A stretch of 64,000 nucleotides of DNA, from contig OX597825.1 in NCBI GenBank assembly GCA_951406725.2, positions 20,832,001-20,896,000 of the forward strand, read 5' to 3'. This document shows, in pieces, positions 54,280 to 64,000 of the stretch. Source of the DNA: Octopus vulgaris. Taxonomy: Eukaryota. Numbering within the stretch: position 1 is the stretch's first letter; the number at the start of each line of letters is the position of its first letter. The notes below the pieces were generated by a model. It saw only the letters and a program-made list of their open reading frames with translations. It did no database searches and had not been told where the DNA came from. Made by a program: the position numbers and the translations under genes.

Positions 54280-54453
54280 CTGTTGTGTCTGGGGAGAGTC
54301 ATTCTCTTTTAGTGCCTTATAATTTAACACACTCACCGATGAAATTTCCACTTATTTCCTTCTATATTTTTCTGTAAATAAGTGGTAATTATACCAGTGA
54401 GTGTGTTAAATTATAAGGTACTAAAAGAAAATGACTCTCCCCAGACACAACAG
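54280..54453. repeat. About 78-bp inverted repeat of a dispersed AT-rich element
   Basis: CTGTTGTGTCTGGGGAGAGTCATT...ACACACTCAC versus GTGAGTGTGT...AATGACTCTCCCCAGACACAACAG; same family at 51285-51365, 58195-58380 and 60280-60650. Confidence 0.88.
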
Positions 54454-54527
54454 AATATGCTTCAACACATGAACTCACATAAAGAATCTTGCAAACCAAA
54501 TCCAAAAACGAGATATATATATATATA

Positions 54528-55097
54528 TGCACAGGCGTGGCTGTGTGGCAAGAAGCTTGCTTCCCAACCACATGATTCCAGGTTCAGTCCCACTGCATGG
54601 CACCTTGGGCAGGTGTCTTCTACTATAGCCTCAGGCCAACCAAAGTCATGTGAGTGGATCTGGTAGATGGAAACTGAAAGAAGCCCATCATCATATATGT
54701 GCCATGATTAACTGCTAAATCCACAAGTTTTTCTATTCTTCCTTTCTGTTGAAGAGCGTAGGCTCAAAACATAAAAGACTTTCTCACCTTCCTGAGCATC
54801 AAACTAATACACCTGTTTGTTGTTTGTACACCTGTCTTCGTCTTTTGTTTCTCTGTAAATTTCAACTATATATGTATATATATATATGTTTATGTGTCTG
54901 TGTTTGCCCCCCAAAATCGCTTGACAACCAATGTTGGTGTGTTTATGTCCCCACAACTTAGTGCTTCAGCAAAAGAGACTGATAGAATAAGTGCTAGGCT
55001 TACAAAGAATAAGTCCTGGGGTTGATGTGTTCAACTAAAGGTGACGCTGTAACATGGCCAGAGTCAAATGACTGAAACAAATAAAAGAATAAAAGAA
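54528..55097 (+). mobile_element. SINE family A with a hammerhead-type element (about 54700-54870) in its spacer
   Basis: The inserted piece contains CUUU CUGUUGA A GAGC-GUAG-GCUC AAAAC AUA AAAG. Confidence 0.85.
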
Positions 55098-55211
55098 ATG
55101 TGTGTGTGTGTGTGTATATGATTGATTCATGATTGATTGATTGTAGTTTCTAAAATACACAGTAATGTTTATATATATATATATAAATATATACTGTATA
55201 TATAAAAATAT

Positions 55212-55242
<31 letters not shown>

Positions 55243-55243
<1 letters not shown>

Positions 55244-55630
55244 CTTTTTACTCTTTTACTTGTTTCAGTCATTTGACTGCGGCCATGCTGGAGCACCGCC
55301 TTTTAGTCGAGCAAATCGACCCCGGGACTTATTCTTTGTAAGCCCAGTACTTATTCTATCGGTCTCTTTTGCCGAACCGCTAAGTGACGGGGACGTAAAC
55401 ACACCAGCATCGGTTGTCAAGCAATGCTAGGGGGACAAACACACACACACACACTTATATATATATATACATATATACGACAGGCTTCTTTCAGTTTCTG
55501 TCTACCAAATCCACTCACAAGGCATTGGTCAGCCCGGGGCTATAGCAGAAGACACTTGCCCAAGATGCCACGCAGTGGAACTGAACCCGGAACCATGTGG
55601 TTGGTTAGCAAGCTACTTACCACACAGCCA
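55243..55630 (-). mobile_element. Full-length, young SINE family A
   Basis: CpG-intact 3' half. Confidence 0.92.
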
Positions 55631-55708
55631 ATACTGTGTATTTTAGAAGCTTGTTTTGCACACAAGCAGTGTTTGTGTTTATAAGACGTGTTTGTGTGTG
55701 TATGATAT

Positions 55709-55741
<33 letters not shown>

Positions 55742-55996
55742 ATGATGTCATGTTGGCCTGAGTACACCACTTAAGATGTAATCCAGGACAACCTGTTATG
55801 GACTGGGATTCATTGTCTGTGGTGACTAAGCCAGCACTCCCTCAAACAAGGCTGGCCAAAGTGAGGTGGTTCGCTAATGACTCTTAGCTGTGGCTAAGAA
55901 GTGCTTAGGATCAGAAACTAGATGACTACTAGAGAGAGAGATATAGATAGATAGATAGATAGATAGATACATATCATATATTATTTATTATTTATA

Positions 55997-56032
<36 letters not shown>

Positions 56033-56069
56033 TGTATGTATGTATGTATGTATGTATGTATACATATAC

Positions 56070-56107
<38 letters not shown>

Positions 56108-56792
56108 CGTATTATGTGTGTGTGTATGTATGTATGTATGCATATAGATACATATATATAATGTATATATTATATATATACATGTATGTTTGTATGCATG
56201 TATGTATGTGTGTGTGCAAGAGAGAGAAAGAAAGAAAGGAAGGAAGGAAGGAAGGAAGTAAAAGAGACAGGTTACTGCTAGGAGTTCAAGGATTATTTTC
56301 GCCTTGATCTTTGACAGTCACGCTTTGTGGATCACCAAAAGACATAATCATCATATGATTACATAGCAAGATCAGAGACAGACAAACAGACAGACAGTCA
56401 GTCACACAGAGAAGAAGAGGGCAAGAGAGAAAGAGAGAGAGAGAGAGAGATGGGTGAGATGAGAAAGAAAAACAAGCGGGGAGTGATAGACTTAATTGTT
56501 ACCAAATGTCTCTTATGACCGACTAATTTGTAATTCTCAACTGAAATTATCCGGTCCTCCAATTTATTAGTGAAAATTAGAGCATTCTTAAAGATCCTCT
56601 CTGTCTCTCAGATCGTATTACATTCGTTCAAAATTTGTTCTATTCTTGTGGTTTATGTACTTTTTTTTTTGTATTTCCTGTTGTTGTCTTTTTTGTTTTG
56701 TTTTGTTTGTTTTTTTGTGTTTTTTTTTTTTTTTGCTGAACCCCATCCATCTATTTTCACAATGTTACTCATTAAACAGTATTGATGGAAGA

Positions 56793-57090
56793 TCATCATC
56801 ATCATTATCCTCATCATCATCTTTATCATTGTCATTGTCCTCATCTGTCATCATCCTCATCATCATCTTTATCATCGTCATTGTCATCATCTGTCATCAT
56901 CCTCATCATCATCTTTATCATCGTCATTGTCATCATCTGTCATCATCCTCATCATCATCATCATCATCATCATCGTTATCATCGTCCTCATCATCATTGC
57001 CATCGTCATCATCCTCGTCCTCGTCACCTACTTCTTCTTCCTCCCCCTCCTCTTCATCATCATCATCATTCTTATCATTCTCGTCATCAT
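56793..57090. repeat. (CAT)n-derived array with a 46-bp higher-order repeat x3
   Basis: CTGT marker at 56845, 56891 and 56937. Confidence 0.88.
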
Positions 57091-57502
57091 TATTTAATGT
57101 CCATTTTGTCATGCTCACACATATTGCACGAAATTTGACTAGGTGGATTTCTCTACAGTCAGATGCCCTTCTTTTTTGCCAAATTTCCCTTGCTTCCAAA
57201 TATGGTAATGTTTTCCCCATGGCCAGCCATGTTTTCATGGAAGACTGGAAACAAAGGACACCCCCACCACTCGTTTGATGATGACACTCATTTTCAACCA
57301 TCACACAAAATCAAGACAAGGGGACAATAACACACACACACACATACACATACAATGGGCTTCTTTCAGTTTCCTTTGGTCAGCCCAGAGCTTGAGTAGA
57401 AGACACTTGCCCAAAGTGCCATGCAGTGGGACTGAACCTGAAACCATATGGTTGGGAAGTAAACTTCTTGACCACACAGCCATGCCTGCACATTTACATT
57501 GA

Positions 57503-58574
57503 CCCTTAAACATTTAAACTGCCCTAAATATTCTACCTGTCTTATGCTGAAACTGACCAGATTCAGCCTCTCACACCTACTCTGCAATTCATTCTAAAAC
57601 TAAACAATCATGGTGCAGCTGTGGCTGTTTAGTAAGTAGCTTGCTTCCCAACCACATGGTTCCAGGTTCAATCCCACTGCATGGCGCCTTGGGCAAGTGT
57701 CTTCTACTATAGCCTCAGGCTGATCAAAGCCTTGTGAGTGGATTTGGTAGATGGAAACTGAAAGAAGCCTGTCGTATATATGTGTGTGTGTATGAGTTTG
57801 TCCCCCCCCCCCCCCACCACCACCATCACTCGACAACCAATGTTGGTGTGTTTACGTCCCTATATCATAACGGTTCGGCAAAAGAGGCCGATAGAATAAG
57901 TACTACACTTACAAAAAATAAGTCCTGTGATCAATTTCTTTGGCTAACACCCTTTAAGGTGGTGCTCCAGCATGGCCACAGTCAAATGATTGACACCAGT
58001 CAAAAGAATAAAAACAGAATGTCTTCAAAACTTTGAGGCTACAAAAAATTATATGATCAAGTAGAAAGATATTGTTTTTCAATGTGTAAATACTGATAGA
58101 ACAGCATGATAGACTCGAACTCACATCCCTTCAATTGGTTGCTGACAGATTTTTCTGCTCTGTAAAGATTTTATTCTATATATGCTTATTTCATTTTTGG
58201 ATTTGGTTTGCAAGATTCTTTATATGAGTTCGTGTGTTGAAGCATATTCTGATGTGTCTGGGGAGAGTCATTTTTTTTTTTGTGTCTTATAATGTAACAC
58301 ACTCACCGGTAAAATTTCCACTTTTTTCCTATTTTTATTGTCCCAAAATTTTCGTTGCCTCTTGCAACCTTTTCAATAGCTTTGACTCTATATATGCTAT
58401 TCTATCAGTATTTACACGTTGATAAATATTTTTCTTTCTACTTGTACTACAGTACATTTCAGTGCTTCAAAATCAAACTTATGTTTGTTTATATATGATG
58501 TAATAGATTATCAATTTTTAAAAACGTGGATAAAAAAAGCATTATATGTGATAAATTAATTGAATGCTAAAGGG
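57503..58574. mobile_element. piggyBac-like MITE fragmented by nested insertions
   Basis: TTGA|CCCTTAAACATT ... AATGCTAAAGGG|TTAA; left body homologous to 59449-59575; SINE A at 57612-58016 and an inverted-arm element at 58058-58444 lie inside. Confidence 0.6.
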
Positions 58575-58815
58575 TTAAACCAGTGAATAAACAATATTTT
58601 TTTTTTTTTTGTAAGATGTCAATTGATAACTCAGAAGTGACAGCAAACAGGATCCCTGGATCAATTCCTACAACCCTTAAAACCTCCAACAAAAGAACTT
58701 AAATTTTGAATCAGTGTTATCAGAATAGCATATGACCAAAAACAGAACAGTCAACAATAAATGCTTGTATTTTAGAAATATAGAGTATGTTTCTTTTCTT
58801 TTTCTTTATCTAAAC

Positions 58816-59346
58816 CAGGGGTGGGGAAATTTTTAGTGTGGTGGGCAAAAAGTTTCGAATGAAAAAGGTCCACAGGTGGACCACAAGTTCTAACTCTTAT
58901 ATCTGCGTAAATCTTATATATATCTATGTATAATTCGATATACATTAATAAAGATAAGTTTAACACGTTAAATTAAGATGCAACATCTTTGTTAATGCCG
59001 CACTGAATTTAGGACATTTACATTACTTATGAGATATTCTATATTTTTCAGCTAGAGTGTAGTTGGGTCCCAAGGGGATGGTACAATCCTAGCAGTATGT
59101 GTTTTAAAGTGAAAATAAAATTTCCATTCATATGGCAATTACCAGATGATTTCCTGTTCGAGTCTAACCATTTTAAGTCATAGTGGAAACGTGAATTATG
59201 TCGCAAATAGGCATATGAATATTTTATAAATTCTATAATTGAAAAATTTATTATATTTTGTACATACGAGTATATCGGCCTGCAGGCACAATAAATTGTG
59301 CTCGCAGGTGAAATTGCACCTATAGATAGGGGTTTCCCTGCCCCTG
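58816..59346. mobile_element. hAT (Charlie-like) non-autonomous element (531 bp)
   Basis: TIRs CAGGGG(TG/CA)GGGAAA; perfect 8-bp TSD ATCTAAAC. Confidence 0.92.
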
Positions 59347-59864
59347 ATCTAAACCCTTTCATTACCATATTTCTATTGAAATGTCCTCCCTTTGTCTCAA
59401 TTAATTCTGAAAGAAATTAAGAATTCAGTGAAATAACTTTACCATCAACCCTTAAGCACTAATCCTAATCCAGCCCAAATATTCTACTTGTTTTATGCTC
59501 AAACTGGTCAGACCTGGCTTCTCACACATATCCTACAATGTCATTCTAAATATAAACAATTACCTCATCAAAATCATAATGCATGGGCCAGGGTTTGTTA
59601 CCCTGCTTGAGAAAGTTTTGTTTGTTTGCGAAGACCCATCAAGGCAAGTAAAATTGCAGTTGTGGCAGATACTGGTGTCACGCAAATTGGCATCTATGCT
59701 GGTGGCACTTAAAAGCACCCGTAACACTCTCAGAGTGGTTGGCACTAGGAAGGGCATCCAGCCATAGAAAACCATGCCTTCCAGTGTACCAGCCAAGTCA
59801 AACCATCCAACCCATGCCACCACAGATAACGGACGTTAAATGATGATGATGATAATGATAATGA

Positions 59865-60242
59865 TTGTTTGTTTGTTTATTTGTTGAGCGAAGTGGTCTT
59901 CGTCCCTTGGGAGAAGTCCGAAACGTGGTCCTTTGCTATTCGTAAGACCTGCAGAAGAAAAAGCAGGTCAACCCCCGACACCGAGAGCATCGACGGATGG
60001 ATGAATACGCATCTAGGCTCAGGTGTTGTGTATGAAGTCGGGGACAAGAAACGGGAAGAAAGAGTGAGAGAAAGTTGGGGTGAAAGAGTACAACAGGGGT
60101 CGCCACCACCCCCTATCGGAGCCTCATGGAGCTTTAGGTGTTTTCGCTCAATAAACACACACAACGCCCGGTCTGGGAATCGAAACCGCGATCCTCCAAC
60201 CGCGAGTCTGCTGCCCTAACTACTGGGCCATTGCGCCTCCAC
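59865..60242 (-). mobile_element. Young GC-rich tRNA-derived SINE with a (CAAA)n tail (family E)
   Basis: Reverse complement GGAGGCGCAATGGCCCAGTAGTTAGG...GGTTTCGATTCCC; inserted in the (GAT)n tail of a family C copy. Confidence 0.85.
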
Positions 60243-61693
60243 TTGATGATAATGATGATGATGATGAAATATAAGGTTATATTTTGTTGTGTCTGGGGTG
60301 AGTCATAATATCTATTTCTTTACTACCCACAAGGGGCTAAACACAGAGAGAACAAACAAGGACAGCCATAGGTATTAAGTCGATTACATCGACCCCAGGG
60401 CATAACTGGTACTTAATTTATCGATCCCGAAAGGATGAAAGGCAAAGTCGACCTCGGCGGAATTTGAACTCAGAACGTAGCGGCAGATGAAATACCTCAA
60501 ATTTTTTCGCCTGGTGGGCTAACGATTCTGAGTCATAATATCTTAATGCCTTATTATCTAACACACTCACTGGTTTGATTTTCACTCATTTATTATTTAC
60601 ATTTTCTATTCCAAATTTTTCATTGCTTTTACAACCTTGTCAATGAATGTTAACTCTATAAGGTTATAATTACTCAAAAATTTAAACACAGGAAATGGAA
60701 ACAGTCATATTACAAACCAGAGTTAGATTACATGAATGCATGCAATTCTAGCCATGATATATATCTTCACAAATACTATTGGTTATTGTTACAAAAGAGG
60801 ACACAAAACAGGAAATTTTTTAAGTAACTGATTCTCCAAAGTAGATTTCTATGGAGAGGTTGACATGAACACAGTCATGTCCAGTAAGTGATACCATACA
60901 ACAGAAGAGTAAGGGAAAATACCATTTTTGTTTTTTCTTTGTGTGAATCAGGTAATTATTAATCATCAATGGTTTTTAATTGCCTAAACTTTTCTTGAAG
61001 CATCCTTTGTTTCATGCATTTATTAATATTGTTATTAACGGTCGGCAAATGAAAGCTTTAAGTTTGACAGTGGAAGGACTGGTAATTTGATCTGGGCTAA
61101 TATTAGTGAATAGAATATTTTAATCATTAAAGAATTGACAGGTAATGTCCTTGATAGTGGTATTAATGCAATTTAGTTCTTAAATTACAGAAATTATGTG
61201 AAACAGATATTGGATAAAGTGAGTAAATAATACAAACATAGACATGGCTGTGGTTGTGTGGTAAGGACTCTGCTTCCCAACCACATGGTTCCGTGTTCAG
61301 TCCCACTGCATAGCTCCTTGGGCAAGTGTCTTCTACTATAGCCTCGGACCAACCAAAGCCATTTGAGTGGATTTGGTAGACGGAAACCAAAAGAAGCTTA
61401 TTATGTGTGTGTGAGTGTGTGTATGTCTGTGTCTGTGTGTGTGTGTGTGAGTGTCTGTGTGTGTGTGCTCATGTACCCATGTATGTGTTGGTCCCCCAGC
61501 ACTGCTTGACAACCGGTGTTAGTGTGTTTATGTCCCTGAAACTTAGCGGTTTGACAAAAGACGCTGATACAATAAGTACCAGGCTTTAAAAAATATTTCG
61601 TGGGGCTGGAGGTTGAGACATTTGACTAAAATTCTTCAAGATAGTGCCCCAGCATAGCCACAGTCCCACAACTGAAAGAACTACAAGAAGAAA

Positions 61694-61761
61694 GGTAGCG
61701 GGATTGAACCTGTGACCTCCTGATTCTGAAGCAGAGTTATTTACCATTTGGCCATGTCTGC
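61694..61761 (-). pseudogene. Decayed tRNA-like sequence (tRNA-Arg-like pseudogene or isolated SINE head)
   Basis: Reverse complement GCAGACATGGCCAAATGGTAAATAACTCTGCTTCAGAATCAGGAGGTCACAGGTTCAATCCCGC has A/B boxes but broken stems. Confidence 0.55.
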
Positions 61762-61874
61762 TATATTCTTACACAAATCCACATCATATACACACACAGT
61801 GGTTTGACATGTTAACACAAACACATACATACTTACACAATAATTTATGTTATCAATGAACACGCATATACTTA

Positions 61875-62283
61875 GGTGCAGGAGTGGCTATGTGGTAAGT
61901 AGCTTGCTTACCAACCACATGGTTCCAGGTTTAGTCCCACTGCATGGCACCTTGGGCAAGTGTCTTCTACTATAGCCACGGGCCGACCAAAGCCTTGTGA
62001 GTGGATTTGGTAGACGGAAACTGAAAAGAAGCCCGTCGTATATATGCATATGTATATATATGTGATTGTGTGTCTGTATTTGTCTACCTAACATTGCTTG
62101 ACAACCGATGCTGGTGTGTTTACGTCAGCGTAACTTAGCAGTTCAGCAAAAGAGACTGATAGAATAAGTACTAGGCTTACAAAGAATAAGCCCTGGGGTC
62201 GATTTGCTCGACTAAAGGCGGTGCTCCAGCATGGCCGCAGTCAAATGACTGAAACATGTAAAAGAGTAAAAAGAGTAAAGAGT
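61875..62283 (+). mobile_element. Full-length SINE family A
   Basis: Head to (GAGTAAAA)n tail. Confidence 0.92.
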
Positions 62284-62573
62284 ATATACACTCACACACA
62301 CACATGTTTAACATGTGGATAAACAATCACATACTCCTACACGTACACACACACATATACACACACACAAATTTGTTTTGTGTGTGTCAGCAAATATTAT
62401 GCTGCCATTTACACGCACACACTTATACACCCAGACATACAGACGCATACATGCAGACACACACATACATACACACACAGCTGATTGACACATTTAAAAA
62501 GCTTTAACTTCCTACCTTAATTGACACACACTGGCATGTTTGGTTAACATACAACAAACCAACACACACAAAT

Positions 62574-62611
<38 letters not shown>

Positions 62612-63414
62612 ACGTACACAAACACATACACACAGATTAATCAATCACTAGAGACTACATACACACAATTTAGCCTGCCTGTAAAGATTACAATACACTC
62701 TTGTACACCCACACACACCCACATATATCCACACACAGACACACATTGCTCACCTGTCCACAAAAGCTAAATACATTACGTATACCTGTAAACATACACA
62801 CATACATACAAACATATAAACATGCTCATATATGCATACACACATATGTATTCAGTTATACAGACGCAAGTAGATTCACACGCATACGCAAAGAAAAGTA
62901 TAGAAACATATACAGCCACCACAATCCCATGCCAAACCCACGGGGCCACAAATACATCAAACATACCTTGCCCTCTACACTTACTTTCCCATATCTCAGA
63001 ATGACACTCCAAACACCCTTGACCCCTTTTCTCGTCATTCTCAGCAAATTATCTGGGTATGGGGATAGCTGTGTGGTAAGAGGTTTGTTTCTCATCTGTG
63101 TGGCTTTGGGTTCAGTTCCACCATGTGGCACCTTGGGAAAATGCTTTTCTACCACACACCTGAGCCAAACAAGGCCTTGTGCATGGATTTGGTAGACAAA
63201 AATTGAAAGAAGCTTATCATGCGTGTGTGTATTTAAATCATCATCATCGTCAACATCATCATCGTTTAACGTCCATCTTCCATGCATAGGTAGGATGATT
63301 GACAGGAGCTGGCCCCCCTGTAGAAAACTACCTAAGACTACTGTGTCTGTTTTAGCTGGGTTTTTACAACTGGATACCCTTCCTAACACCAACCACTCTG
63401 CAGAGTGGACTATA

Positions 63415-63577
63415 AACACATATATAAATATGTACATAGATACATACATATATATATATAAATATATACATACATACATATATACATAAATATATACATA
63501 CATACATATATATATATATAAATATATACATACATATATACATATATATATAAATATATACATACATATATATATAA

Positions 63578-63610
<33 letters not shown>

Positions 63611-63619
63611 AATATATAC

Positions 63620-63654
<35 letters not shown>

Positions 63655-63965
63655 AATATATACATACATATATATATAAATATATACATACATATATATA
63701 TATAAATATATACACATATATATACATATATAAATATATATATATATATTTATTTATTTGTTTATTTATGTATATTTATTTGTTTATGTATATTTATTTA
63801 TTTATTTATGTATATATAAACATATAAATATATATATGTATATATAAATATATATATATATGTATATATAAACATATATATGTATATATAAATATATATA
63901 TATGTATATATAAATATATATGTATACATATATATGTATAGATAGATATATATGTATATATATAT
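63415..63965. repeat. (TA)n/(TACA)n compound microsatellite
   Basis: Direct inspection. Confidence 0.95.
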
Positions 63966-64000
63966 ACAAAATAAGAAAATGGAGAAATACACCTTAATCA

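Noticed and set aside
59869-60219. 116-aa GC-rich ORF
   Set aside because: It lies wholly within SINE family E, on its antisense strand
61694-61761. tRNA-like sequence with an apparent TCA anticodon (Sec or suppressor)
   Set aside because: Stems are broken and there is no long variable arm; it is better explained as a decayed tRNA-Arg(TCG)-like head with CpG loss

Overview
Eukaryotic, AT-rich, microsatellite-saturated non-coding DNA. It is most likely an intronic or intergenic stretch of an octopus (coleoid cephalopod) genome, inferred from the SINE repertoire and repeat landscape and not checked by search. No intact host gene, rRNA or functional tRNA is evident, and nearly all listed ORFs are translations of microsatellites or SINEs. 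The window is a mosaic of roughly 30 copies or fragments of a tRNA-headed CORE-like SINE with an internal (TA)/(TG) spacer, at least four other SINE-like families, two RTE-clade LINE remnants and three non-autonomous Helitrons. It also holds a Helentron-type (HINE) element, three hAT MITEs with 8-bp TSDs, an internally deleted mariner plus two Tc1/mariner MITEs, and piggyBac-like MITEs. The most interesting signal is a dozen or so short AT-rich elements that mostly sit in (TA)n tracts, often as inverted pairs, and carry minimal type I hammerhead-ribozyme-like folds. Across families the stem I sequences covary, and the core shows C3-G8, U3-A8 and G3-C8 variants at the known 3-8 tertiary base pair. 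This points to a diversified set of Penelope-like/retrozyme-type non-autonomous retroelements. Coordinates were read by eye and may be off by a few bases.
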